Source: Dimargaris cristalligena
Taxonomy: Eukaryota
Length of the DNA: 55,218 nt
Direction: 5' to 3'
Assembly: GCA_003614675.1 (NCBI GenBank)
Contig: ML002259.1
Span: forward strand, 1-55,218
Part shown: in pieces, positions 1 to 14,800 of the stretch
Position numbering within the stretch: the first letter of the stretch is position 1
How the letters are laid out: every line of letters begins with the position of its first letter
Translations under genes and position numbers: made by a program
Notes under the pieces: model-generated
Seen by the model: the letters and a program-made list of their open reading frames with translations, nothing else
What the model was told of the DNA's origin: nothing
Database searches by the model: none

Positions 1-203
1 GTCAGGGGCAGGGGGTGCATCACAGTCAAGGGTATAAAATATAATAATAGGAAAAATAATATAATAATGAAAATGGAGGAAAAATGACTATACTCATCAG
101 GGGTAGGGGCAGGGGCTCATTCACTCATCAGGGGTATACTTCCGATAAGTGCAAAAAATGGATTAAAAATAAAAATAGGTAAAAAATGTGGTAAGTTCAC
201 CAC

Positions 204-630
204 AGCCCTTCTTCCACTTTTGGCCAGACATAGTATTTGTGGGAATGGGTTTGTTATATGTGGGCCTATCTAGTCCAACCCACAATGACTGCTTCATCTG
301 CTGATGAACTATTTAGTAACAGTACCCTAATTATATCCGGTGGTACTCATTAATTAATAGATATACCCAATTATATGAGAGTACTTAACTACAATGTAAG
401 ATACATTGTTGATCTTTGCAGCTGGGTATAGAGCTCTGGCCTGAATTAAATAGTGTATAAACTGTACATATTAGTTTTAGTGGTCTTTATTTCTATATTA
501 TAGGGGAGACCTCACTATCTATTTTACATTGGTTGGACATCCCTGGGTTTAGGCTCACTGAAGATGATGTGGATTATCAAGAGTAATACCACTAATATAA
601 AGAATGATTCCTATTTCATTAATATTAATT
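204..630 (+). repeat. Inverted-repeat copy A (~430 bp) of 3231-3656, more heavily C>T/G>A mutated
   Basis: Reverse complement of 3231-3656 aligns along its length, e.g. agcccttcttccacttttggccagacatagtatttgtgggaatggg vs agcccttcttctacttttggccggacatagtatttgcgggaatggg. Differences are almost all transitions. Confidence 0.9.
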
Positions 631-634
631 ATTA

Positions 635-1217
635 CCTGGGTTAACTACTCTTAGTCCATCAAGAGTCCTGAGGATAGGCTTCTAATGGTAGATGGGGCTT
701 GGGCTTGGCTAAGTGGGTCACTAGTGTTAGGTACAGATATGGTACTTACTAATAAAGGCTTCAATGTAGGTATAGGCAAAGGATGTACAGTAGGTACACT
801 TACTAATTAGTATAAGGGTAGTGTGTATATATAGGGTTTATTAGGGGTAAACTAGGGGGGGGTAAGAATAAGCTAAATAATCTAACTGGTCGCAATAGGG
901 GCCTGGTTATATATATATAGGGGCAACTCCAAAGGGAGACCCTGGGGGAAGGGTTTTGCTAAGACTAAGGCATTGTAAAATAGGACAACTGGATAGCTAT
1001 TAGGGTCTGGAAGACTCTGATGGTAACCAGAAGAGACTTTGGATCAGCACTTGAGTGATTAGTATAAAGAGGTAAAGTCCAATAGGGGAAAGGTTATACA
1101 ATATAGGGTGATCCCATGGTACTGGGGGTAATCATGGAAAGGTTAATATGGTACAATAAGGCCTAATAGGAACAGACACTAAGGTGTCTAAGTTAAGGAG
1201 GATTAGATAGTCCAATA
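635..1217 (+). repeat. Dispersed repeat copy 1 (~580 bp), direct repeat of 53498-54070; probable degenerate mobile-element or gene-family fragment
   Basis: Colinear match from ggttaactactcttag to ttaaggaggattaga with the copy at the right end of the window. Nearly CpG-free. No transposase or RT motif recognised. Confidence 0.85.
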
Positions 1218-2039
1218 CTAGAGTAAACTAGATTTAAAAAAAGTGTATTAGTTGTAATATAATAGACTTATGGCTGTTTTGTGGGGTTAAGGGTTTACCA
1301 ATCTTAATTCATTAATAGTAGATATAGGCAGGCTTCTATTAGGTATAGCTATGGGAATAGTCCCAGCTAATATACTACTCAATAAGTGTGGGGGTTAGTT
1401 AAAAGAAGGCTCCCAATAAATAGTACTAACTATACACTAAGTATCAATGATATAGGTATAAAAGGGTTTATTGTATATATATAGGGATACTATAAGCTAG
1501 GAAACTATCTGGTTATACCTGGGTATGATATTAACACACTTAGATAAAACTAATGAGTCATCCAGGAGAGGGTTCTAAAAGGACTAGCTGGAGGTTGTTT
1601 GTATATAGAACTATCTGATGGATAAGGATAGGCCTTTAGATTAATACTTTAGTATAAAGGGTAGACCTTGTTAGTAGTCAATGGGAGGAAATTGGGACAC
1701 ATTTGTAGTAGTAGCTGTTACCAGAGAAAGGTGTTATGGTATAATAAGGTCTTATATGGGTTAGTTGAGTGGAAAAGTATTGACCCAGTTTAATCAGATT
1801 AGTTTGTATAATGAACTGACCTCTTTATTTATATATTTAATATATATATTGCACCACTGCTTATTTATTACTAACTACCTATATGGTGAAGTATTTCCTA
1901 ACATACTGTAGGACTATCTTAGTAGCCCCCTCTCACTTAATACCACTGGTCTAGTCAGTAATATAAAGATAGGCTTAGCTATACTACCCATATCTACTAC
2001 AATTAGGCTAATATCATAACACCCAATAATCATTTTTTT

Positions 2040-2809
2040 CATTTTTAATGTACCATGTGTCTCATTGATTAGGTGCCTCTTAAAGCACCCTTTATAACCC
2101 TTTCTTAATTCTAGGAGTATGCTTCCTTAGCATAAGCTACTCTAGCATTTAATATAATATTGGCCTACAACACTGAATTTTCTGTATCATTTAGCTGGCC
2201 TGGACTCATTATATCAATTACGGGTTATATGAGGATATGTAGTTATTGTTTCATAGCTACCTATGGGGAGGATGTACTCTGCAAAATAAAATGTGTAAGA
2301 ATTGGTAAGTGGTTTATTAGTAAAATAATACGGGAATTCAAATGTTGGGGATACCCATAGGGTAAATCATACAGAAATAGAATACACACTCTAGGTTGGT
2401 AAGGGCTCTTAAGGGTCGCCCATTTGGGATGGTGTGGCGGAGACTTAGGTTAGTGGCCGCGGTTATGTTAATACAGGCTGTAAATTGGGGGTTAAAAGTC
2501 TTTCAGAAGTTTTACGTACATCTTCTTATAACTCTGTGGCATAGCTCCCCCTCCATATCCCGATTCCTTTTCCTCAGTGGTCTTGGCTGGTTGGGCAACC
2601 TTACTACTCCGTGATCACAGATCCTGGCTTAAAGAGGGTAGTCAGTGACATTCCCACCCAGTTGAGTGAGATTTGTGCAGTGAATCAGTCCGTCAAATCC
2701 ATTGGTGCGGTAGTCTGGCATCATTCAATAGGGTGGAGACAGCACTCAGCAGAAGAAGGAGGCCAACTAAGGCCAGGCATACCACGTAGGAAATGCTAGT
2801 AAGCTTCAT
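2040..2809 (-). pseudogene. Decayed secreted-protein gene (signal-peptide exon plus stop-riddled second exon)
   Basis: ATG 2809 reads MKLTSISYVVCLALVGLPSSAECCLHPIE*CQTTAPMDLTD*FTAQISLNWVG..., with TGA stops explicable as CGA>TGA. GTAAGG donor at 2604 and ttttgcag acceptor at 2279. The downstream frame is full of TAG/TAA. The left limit is approximate. Confidence 0.5.
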
Positions 2810-3104
2810 ATTATTATAAAAGGTGGCTTTGAAAGAGGCGGATTTGGTATGGAATATGACAAGGAGTGGACGTAAGCACCAATTGGGCTGGGTTTAATAG
2901 AATAAAGACAAGAGAAGAGCCCTAGCGACAAAGAATACAGTGGCGGGGGAGTGAAAATTAAAAATGACAATAAAGGCTACAGCAGGCAGAGCGACGGGTT
3001 TAACTAGACAAATTGGTGAGGTGCTCACTACACAGGGTGGACCCTGATATCTTTTAGCCTAGTCAATTCGGCACTAATTATGGACCCCTAGGTACATAGG
3101 GATC

Positions 3105-4350
3105 TCAATTTAACAAAGGGTGTAGTAAGGCACTAATCTCAGCACATTGGTGTGGATAGATAGCATTAACTTCCCCATCCCTCTCCATAAAATAGAAAGA
3201 AGTAACACACCAAGATACGAGTTGCCCATCATTGACATTGACAAAATGGGAATCATTCTTTATATTGGTGGTATTACTCTTGATAATCTGCATCATCTTC
3301 AGCGAGCCTGAACCCAGGGATGCCCGAACAACGTAAAACGGGCGGCAAGGTCTTCCCTGCGATATAGAAATAAGGGCCACCAAAACCAATGTGTATGGTT
3401 TGTACACTATTTAATTTGGACCAGAGCTCCGCACCCAGCTGCAAAGATCAACAGTGTATCTTGCATTGTAGTTAAGTGATCTCATACAATCAGGCATGTC
3501 CATTGATCAATGAGTACCACCAGATATAGTTAGGACACTGTCATTAAACAGTTCGACAGCAGATGAAGCAGTCATTGTGGGTTGGACTAGATAGGCCCAC
3601 ATATAACAAACCCATTCCCGCAAATACTATGTCCGGCCAAAAGTAGAAGAAGGGCTATTAAAGACCATTCTGAAGGTGGGCATAGCGGCAGGGCCTTTAA
3701 TGGCTCCCCCTCTAATTACTGGCTCTGCAAAAAATGAAGTCAACTGGTATTTTACTGGAAGACTACACAAATCACTGCCTAATTCAAGCGATACTCCGAA
3801 TATTATAATAACAGGTACCTCCGACCCATTCCCCAATAGCTGTGGACCACACAGCTGTGTCTAAAGAGGCAAATTAGAAGGGCGTCTCTACGCTATAGCT
3901 AGGGAAATGGATAGCTAACACATACCCATCACTTCGTTAATGTATGTAGTCCATTCCAATCCCAACCCTAGCAGTATACCGGCCCATGAATTGGAATTAG
4001 TATCCCTTTGAAGACCTAAATATGATGAGATGGGGAAGTCCACAGTCCAGCCGTGTAAAACGGTATATTAATAGGGAATGGGTGGTCAATTGGTGACAGA
4101 AATCGGGCTATACCGCAAACCCTGGCGACAAATAGTTCGTATGGGAGCCCTCTTGTTTGTCCCCAAAATCAATAGGCCCGGTCGAAATCCCTCGCCATTG
4201 GGAAATATTAGGTCGCTCACCCGGTACAGTGTTACTTAGGACGATTACTCGTGGATTTGGAGGGGATAATTGACCCCTATTATGACCCCTCGTAAATATA
4301 CAGTAGGTATACATGTCGATATTATTCAATGATACTCAACTTGGGGCTAA
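3105..4350 (-). pseudogene. Decayed multi-exon gene of unknown family
   Basis: ORFs 3627-3836 and 3105-3407 are the same frame, interrupted by only 3 stops (TAG, TGA, TAA). The exon opens at a ctaat...ctttag acceptor (3860). An upstream open segment ~4114-4350 ends at GCG|GTATAG. Part of it is duplicated at 204-630. Confidence 0.45.
3231..3656 (-). repeat. Inverted-repeat copy B (less mutated partner of 204-630)
   Basis: Manual alignment; this copy retains several CpGs that are TG, CA or TA in copy A. Confidence 0.9.
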
Positions 4351-5215
4351 TCCCGCACAGTGAATGGATGGTCCGATGTTGGGGCAGTGGATAACGAAGG
4401 AATGGAAGGATAATTCAAGGACATAATGTTTACAGGGGAGAGGGCCCAGTATCTCGGAAAAGTAAATACACCCAATTCAATACATTGACTGGGCATGGAT
4501 TATTGGCTCTAGGTAAGCTCAACAGCGGAGATGGCCAGTGAAGGGACAGTAAAGAATGCATAAGCTCATAATGAAAGTTGAGGGGAGGGTTAAATCTCGT
4601 TTAACACTCAAGCCTGCCGCCTCCTATATCTAGCGAAGATTAAAAACGTTTAACAGCCTAACCATCTAGCTTACCTGGGGTTATATATACCGCGGGCAGT
4701 CGGCACACACATTTGGGATGATATTACAATAAGTCCAACGACGACGCAAGGTGCAGCCTTATTTGCTCCTCTGTTCTATATATAAGCCCTTCCAACAGAG
4801 ATGATATTAATGGCATCGACCTTCTGGGCCTATATTACATTTTCTAGCACAGGTATCCACATACTTAAAGGTACAGCAACCGAAACATCTATATATTTTT
4901 AAGTTTTTATATGGGTGAAGAAGGGTTGGTTAGGTGACCAAGGATGTGAAGTAAACTCCCATCGTAGAGGTCGGAGGGAAGGGGAAAGGGACAACGGGGA
5001 TAGTTGGGCCAAGTTGTCCGAATAGGGGCCCCAGACCACAAGAAAAGCGGTGCTGGAGGGCCAAGGGAGGAGCGGGGGAGTGTGTGTGTGTGTAATTGTG
5101 GAGATGAGGGCCATGGCAACCACAAGACAGAAGGGGTGTGTGAAGGGTTAGCCAAGAGAGACCGGGGTCGCCCTAATAATAACGATATTACTGTTTAAAG
5201 TAGTAGTGGGGTTAT

Positions 5216-5765
5216 TTAGGCATCATCCTCCTCCTCTTCGTCGGATTCTTCGTTATCGACGTTCTGGTTGATGTTGAAGTATCTCAGCTGGTAACCGGTC
5301 TTGGAGACGCTGACGACGCGCAGCCAGTCACGGAGCTGGTTCTTCTTGAGGAACCGCTTGGCCAGGTACTTGGCGTAGGCCTTGGCGAAACGCTCCTTGG
5401 TGGTGATGGTGATACGGCCCTCCTCGGAACGGGTGATGGTCACGCGGCCACTCAGGTTGTTGGTGCGGTTGTCGACCTTGATGCGATCGTGCAGGTACTT
5501 CTCGAAGGCAGCGGCGTCAAAGATGGAATCATTGACGGGGGCACTGCAGTCGATGAAGTAGGTGCGGGTGGTGGTTTTGGCGGTCTTCTGGAGAAGGGGT
5601 ACGGTGTGGTGTGGTATGATGTAGGGGGGATTGGGTGATTAGAGAGCGAGATCGGAGTGGTGGTAGTATGGTGATAGGATTGGTAGAAGTAATCTAAAAG
5701 GCAGGGAGGTGATTCCACGGAGGATCGGTGAGATCGTCGCTCGGGGGACTTACAAGAGCGGGCAT
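5216..5765 (-). CDS. RPL22: 60S ribosomal protein eL22; exons 5765-5754 and 5587-5216
   Basis: Spliced protein MPAL|KTAKTTTRTYFIDCSAPVNDSIFDAAAFEKYLHDRIKVD...KYLAKRFLKKNQLRDWLRVV...YQLRYFNI with acidic tail. GTAAGT donor, ctccag acceptor, strong C-ending codon bias. Confidence 0.95.
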
Positions 5766-7086
5766 GGTGACGGATATAGGGGCTGTCGGACCGGAATCGA
5801 GCAAGATGTAGGAAGAGAGGATCTTCAGCTGATAACAAGCCAAGGTTGACAGGAAAAAGGAGGATCAGATCAGTTGACGGGCTGGATCGGGCTTTGTGTA
5901 TGAAGTCAGGGGAGGGCGCTGTTCGGCTCGCTGGGTCTTTTTCGTGAGCGTTAATTAGTTTAGTATGGGCGGGAGGACTTTTGTGGTCTCTGCGTTTTCC
6001 CCTCTCCTCTTTCACCCAAGTCTAACCTATCAGCATGTGTGGGTTAGTGTGGGCGGGATGGCCTTTTCCATACTCTCTCCCATTTTTTTCTTCCGCCCAT
6101 TTTTTTCGCCCCGTTTCTCTCATCCCTAACTATTAGTCCTCCCCTATTATAATGGCCCTCTACCACACCCACCACAACACACTCATTATACCAGCCACCG
6201 TGCCGTACGCCCCGAGCCTTAAACCAAGTCACCTGACCTGGTTATTTTCAACGTGACCTGGCCTTCTCTCCTTCCTAATGGGTTGAAGAAGAGGGTGGGT
6301 GGGGCTCGTTCGTGAGAGACGAGGTTTCTGTGCTGCATAGACTGAGGGAGGGTGGGTTTCACTCGCCCAGCTAACAGTAGTAGCCCATACCATATAGTTC
6401 TGCCATCCTACCCTATAACCCTCCCACTCAGACCTTACCGTTGAATACATACCAGCTAAGGTGCTGCTTATTAAACGGATCGAGAGGGACCCCATGAGTA
6501 GGAGAGGGGGGAGGGTCCTAAGGCAATTTTATATCTATCAGGCCCAACCCCCCCCCCACCTCCCGAGCCAAAACAGCACCCCTCTAACCAATATTAATAG
6601 TTAGCCCACCATTAAAGATACCCTAAAACAGCCGCTATTAACATAGTATCAAAAACCATGGAAACTGGGGCTATATTTCCACGACAAATTCCCGGGTGGC
6701 TGGATTATCCTTGCCTAATGGCTGTCAACTCCCTTAATGACTCGTCACTTATCTATGCTGCGTCACACCCCACTGCCTTGCTTAAGCCTCTAACCCTGAG
6801 AGGCGCAGGCACGTAAGGAAGCAGCAGCCAACTAGCTGAAGGGGGGAGGGAACTTATCTTTCCAAAGACCCAGTTCACCCACCCCACCCGTCATTCTCTC
6901 ATTCACCGGTTCTCTGTAACAGCCACTCCGGCAACCTTGACATTGCTAGTCGGCGGATTCTTTCTCGCTACACCTAGAAATAATAATAATAATAATAATA
7001 ATAGCATTATTTATATAATACCTTGTCCATTGACCCAGCGATTCTAGCATCCCAGCTATACCCAAAGTTATACAAACCCCGCCAAA

Positions 7087-7821
7087 ATGCTCCCGACTCT
7101 GCCTCGTTTCGCTGCGACAGTCCCGCACAAGCACGTTCCCCTCATTCGTTTCCTGGGCCCCCGTCGTTTGCTGCTCCAGACCCGTAAGTCTATCCCCCCA
7201 CTTGGTTCAACCCTTGCTCCATTGACGGACTAGACACCCTATATCGTCAACCTATTGACAAAACTATGCGACATTGCTGGCCCAGCCCCGACAAATAGGC
7301 GGGAGAGGAAGGGTCCGCCAATTACTCGGCTTTCCACTAACTATAAGCATATACGCGCCTATGTTATCTGTCGCGGTTTATCCTACTCTCTATATTGATT
7401 GATTTTCCCCCAAACCAAAAGACTCGAGTGCTCCCGGTTCCGCTAGCCCCGCGGCTCCCCAGTCTACCAAACCCCCGACCTCGCCTGCCCACTCCGGTGC
7501 TCTGGAATACAGCGAGCTGCCTTCCCGGTACCGCTCCGCGGGCCCCACCGCCGAAGAAATGGAGGCCATTGAGGTATTTTTCAATTCACGAATCTCTGTC
7601 CTGATTAATATGTCACATTACACCTCTCCACAGTTGCTGAGAGGGCTCCCCCCTCCTTTCCAGTACCATGCTTCTGTACCTGTGTCTAATTCCTAAGTCC
7701 TAGTATTGATGATATTCTTTGGCGCTGATATTGGTTGGTGGAATACGAATCATGACATTTCTGTTCAAATGCCTTGTGTGTTCCTCCTTAATAGTCGGGC
7801 GGTGCCACCGCTATCTACTAG
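7087..7821 (+). CDS. KGD4: Alpha-ketoglutarate dehydrogenase subunit 4 (Kgd4/Ymr31/MRPS36 family), 91 aa; exons 7087-7183, 7422-7573, 7795-7821
   Basis: Spliced protein MLPTLPRFAATVPHKHVPLIRFLGPRR...(P/S/A linker)...YSELPSRYRSAGPTAEEMEAIE|SGGATAIY*. Shows the family N-terminal HxPLIxFxG motif and C-terminal LPxRY/F...EExEAIxSGGA motif. Both introns are GT-AG with consistent phases. Confidence 0.88.
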
Positions 7822-8434
7822 ATTTGACGTCGGCCGGATTGAAACCCTAGCAAACCCCCTCGTCAGCAAGATTATTTATAGATCAGCCGGAATTGTATAT
7901 TTTTTCTTCTCAATTCGCCCCCTCACCTCCCCAAGCTTCCTTCCCCCTTATAGTCCACCAGCACTAGAATTGGATCATTTAGAATATGGTCAATTTAAAT
8001 AATCTACTCCATTCATTTGAATTTTATATTCTTCAAGAAATCCACTGTCCAAGACGCAGATTATACAGGACAGGTAAATGGTGCGAGAGTCTTTAAATGC
8101 GGCCACTATGGCGCGCCAGCCGTGGTATAGCATAGAACACGGCTGATAACACATACACTTCTGGTGTGATATGTACCCTCGACTACTTGCGGTTCACTAT
8201 TAATAAATTGGATATTGCTAAACGGATCGGTGGAGCTCAGCCAAATAATGGTACTGCTATTTATAAGGATGCGGGGCTCTCTATGCGTGAGTAGCCATCC
8301 AAAGGCCCATTTGGTGAAAAATTAAAAGCGGCTACAGATAAAGGTAAAAGTTTCCACCCCTTGACTCAAACGAACGGAAGAGAAAGAGAGAGACTGCCAA
8401 GAAGAAGTAGCGTATAGAGTATTAAAAAAAAACT

Positions 8435-10645
<2,211 letters not shown>

Positions 10646-11823
10646 GCTAAGGATAGGGTTGGATAATATAAATAAGATCAAATGAATGGCGCAATGTCCA
10701 AAGAAGCGGAGAGGTAAAAAGTCTAGTTAACCCAAAAAAGAGAGAAAGAGAAACGAGAGGCTAAAGAGCTGGGCGTGTGGAGAATGGGGGGGAGAGCGAG
10801 GTGAATAAGCGGGATTTGGGAATCAGTAGTACCAGCAGAACGGTGGTCTGGTTTACTGTAGAAAGCGGGGAGTTTGCTTCAAAAGCGTAGGCCGGGTGTA
10901 GAGTGTGCTTGGGCCGTTACCCACCTGCTTTAAACTACGAGCAGCTTACGAAGGCCACGAGTTCGTCCAGACTCGACCAGAACGATGTGGGAGCCGGGTG
11001 TAAATAAGGAAGGTCCTTCCGATAATGAACTGGCACCGGTGATTTAATAATCCCTCTACGAATGGATACATCGCAACCCTGCGCACGAGTAGAGCTCGGC
11101 CAAAGTTCAATTAAATGAGAGTGGGATGGAAACGGTAGTACATATCCCCAACTGCTTGTTAACTACTAGATGAGGGAATATGTGGACGATAAGTATGGGT
11201 GTATCAAAGGCAGGGTTGTTTCTCTATTACTGGTCGGTTGGGGTAAACGGCCCCCCTCGCTACTGGCGGGGAATGAGGGGCATAGCTAATAAATTCCCTT
11301 ATTATATATCCTTATAAGCAAGTTATTGTGGTATCAGCACCAGGTCTGGGATAGACGAGTATATTTCTCTACTCGAAGTATTATAAGGGGTAGGGTAGTC
11401 ATATTATTATTAATTTACTCGGGTAGAGCGGATTCTCGGCATTCTTCCGCGTTTAGTGCCCTATTAAGCAACGCACATCATTGTGACTGGGGTATGATTT
11501 GGCAGCAAACGCTCCTCCGGTTTGTCTATGCACATTAAATATCCGCAGGCTTAAAAATACCAATTGAACTCTCTTGGCTGGACGGGCCTGGTTTAACGAA
11601 TTAATTATCTAGACTTTTACACGTTTATCGACTCGAGGGGGTGTATAAAAAAAATGCGGCACTTATTATTTACGATGTTATTTATAATGCGATAGGAAGA
11701 TTGAATAGAATATAAAATGCGGCCCAACCAACGGCCCCAAGTCATGCGACCCAAAGATTTGCCAAAAAAAATGAAAGCAGAGAATAGCGTGATGAGGTTA
11801 GAGAAAGAGAGTGAGAGGCCAGG

Positions 11824-14800
11824 TCAGCCGGCCAACGGTACATCCGGGCGGGACCATATTTTAATATGGCCCGACCGACACGTCGTAATCACCGAGTCGT
11901 CCCGGAAAGTGACCGAACACACGGGGTACCGGTGGATACTCTGGGCCATGATGGGTTCCAGAATGGCTACTTCGTTGCGTAGAGTCACTTCATGGAACAC
12001 GTTTTCGTGTTTGGCGGGAATGGACCTGACTGAGTTGGGGTGGAATGTACTGCTGGCTCTACTCATGCGACGCAACTGTACCGCAGTCTGATATTGTTAA
12101 TATAGGAGGCGTTATTATAGATCGGCCAGTTATAGCACACAAAAAAATGAACAGACCATTGGCATTAATAAGATCGGTAAGAGTTAGAAAATTCTCATTA
12201 GCGTTGAGTGAAGCGATAAATGGGGGGCTCTAATGACTTCCTATTATATATATATGTGTGTGTGTGTAGATATACGAGTGCGTGTGCATGAAAGATTCGG
12301 AAATAAATAAAAATCTAACCAGATCCCGATAAAGCAGTCCTACAGCAGTTTGGTCTATTAGATGAGGGATAACGGTGGTAGCTTACCGATTTGGGTCGGT
12401 GGAGCGCACTGACGGAGAAGTCCCAGAATAAAATCTTAGTGTCCTCGCCCACACTGCCGAAACGGTAATTAGTTTCATCGCATCGCCACGGATCAAAGGC
12501 AACGTTATTAACCCACGACTGATGTCCTTGGCAACGGGCCAGGATGCGTTGGTCGTAGAAATCCCAAATGGTGATCAAGTCGTCTTGGCCCCCCGTCTGC
12601 CGCCCCAAAGCCAGAAACAATACAGTGTGGTATATATTACGGGTGGGTTAAAAAGAATATATATAATACGTATCACGGTTATACTAAAAGATAGGGCTAC
12701 TACAATAATATGGGCCAGCATTCAACTAATACTACTGAGTCACGGTAAATTAACACCTATGTGATATGGGCTTACCAAGATATATTTCCCGTCGGGGCTC
12801 CAGCAGACGCAGTGTAAGCCCCCAAAGTACGCCGAATAAGTATCCTCGAGGCTAAAAATAGGGTTAAATGGAGGAAGGGGATGCGAGGTAGATGGTTCAG
12901 TCGGTATTGGTTTAGTACACATGTGTCGGGGGAGTGTGCTGAGTGGTTCAAGAAGATAGAGATGATAAGGGTGAAGGTATATTGCCAAGTCCTCCTCCCC
13001 TTGCAGCCACCCCCGCATACTGGCTGACGCCTTTCTTAGGTTAAAAAAACAGCAGCCGAATTAGTACACTATGCAGGGCCACCACCATACTTACGTTTCG
13101 GTAAGGAAGTCCACTATACGCAGCCGCCCATCCATGGAAACAATCGCCACATGCTGACAGTCGGGGGAAAATGCGAAAGCCGTGACGGCCTTCTTACTCG
13201 CCTGCCAATAGGTGACGGGATTATATTTCGTCTTGGACGGTTTCGCTATATGCAAGGGGTGCATGGGGTCCATGGCGAACTGGGGGTTGAAATTGCCGTG
13301 GTCTTCCTTGTGCTTGTCGAAGATCACGACCGCCCCGTCTTGGAAGCTGGCCATAAAATGCGATTCCGAACCGGGGATCCAGCGCACATTGGTAACGGCG
13401 GAGTTATTGAGGATCCCTTGGGCGTTGAGGCGGCTGCGTTTTTGGGTCATGGGGTCAAACCAAAGGAGTTCCCCCGTAGCGCAGCCGATGATAACATCCA
13501 GGCTGGAGCCACTGCGTGTAAGCATATTGACATCGTGACAAGTGGGAAGGGCTTTGCATAGATCCAGGCGGCCCAGCGGCTCCTAGTTGATGGCCACCGG
13601 GGGGTTGGTGAACATAGGTTAATAATCATGAGGAATATATATATATATATATAGTGGAACGGTGCGTTAGAGAAACACACCACCCAAATAATAGGATGAT
13701 TCGGCCGTTCACATACAGATAAAAAGCCGGATAAAGCCCCGCATGAAATACAGCGGATGCTTTCAACCTTCATCGCCCATAAAGATGAAAGGCGATAGTA
13801 CCGCCAAGTGCCGACATTCCATTCGGTATATATCTTACCTGCGGACGGTAGCCCAAATCAGCCCAGAAGAATGACCGGCCGGTATTGAAGAAGAAATAGG
13901 TGTCTTCGTGCTGTCGTTGCGATAGAATATCGGCCAGCTGGTCGTTCCAAACCACCTGGGCCACAAAATTATTGTCCTTTTTGGAGAGATTGGAGCTTTT
14001 CGAGCGTTTTTTAAGTTTGACCGATTGGAACAAAGAAAAGTTGGAATCTTCTTCACTCTTTTTCGTGGTGACGGCGGATGGGATAGGTGAGGAAGAAGAG
14101 ACGGTTGCATTGGATGCTACTCCTGCTGCTGATACTGTTGCTGCTGTTGTTGAGGATGGTGGTGGGTGAGGGAGCGGCATAGTATTGGGGAAGGAGGCCG
14201 GGAGAAGACCTGAGGTCCGGGAAACGGAGGCAGGGCCGTCCCGCACGCTACCCACCGCAGTGACCGACGAGGTTTCCATTGATGGGTTAGTAAAGGACCC
14301 TTCAAGGGTCGAAGATACGGTCGGGGATGGGACAGGTCCCGGGCCAGGGAGTTTGGGGGAGATGGTCGTTCCCTTGGTTGGACTGGCCCTCAGAGAGGCG
14401 GCGTGGGCCGGAGGGAGGGGCAGTGACTGGGAGAAAGAGGTATCGTCGCCGGCTATGGAATACAGGTTAAATGCGCCCCCAAGTCCGCGGGGTTTAGGTG
14501 TATTAGGTGTTTAGTACTGTATTTGTTTACCCGCAAATCGATCAATCGCTGGACAAATGTGGGGTGGAAACGGTGCCCTATATCCCCACGCTGCTGTCTG
14601 CCAACCATTGACCGTGAATCGGAATCACGGCTCAATTAACCAAACGGGAGCGGTCCAAAGCCGCTGCGTCCGTTATGAAGGGCAATTGAAGGGCAGGAGT
14701 AGTATATCCAATAGGGCTGGGGGGAATAAAAGCAACCAAAGGTGAATTGCACCATATATCATAGGTTCGGGCAACTTACTATTTGAATTGGACTGGGGTA

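Larger units (their letters stand above)
1..2300. other. CpG-depleted, TpA-rich degenerate repeat zone (left flank)
   Basis: Only about 3 CpGs seen in the first 2.2 kb (near 144, 338, 891), abundant TA/TAG/CTA and no long ORF, in contrast to the CpG-rich core genes. Confidence 0.8.

Noticed and set aside
635-1217. Repeat as an rRNA fragment, LTR or identifiable transposon ORF
   Set aside because: No conserved rRNA motif, no convincing TG...CA termini, TSD or TIR, and no RT/integrase/transposase motif in the frames I could read.
2605-2700. Resemblance of FTAQISLNWVGMSLTTLFKPGS to the aspartic-protease xFDTGS region
   Set aside because: No DTG, and the downstream exon shows no pepsin motifs; too weak to name a family.
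8117-8145. Hairpin cagccgtg...cacggctg between KGD4 and LPD1, and gcctaggct...agcctaggc at ~23526-23551
   Set aside because: Stems of 8-9 bp are expected by chance in 55 kb; no supporting context.
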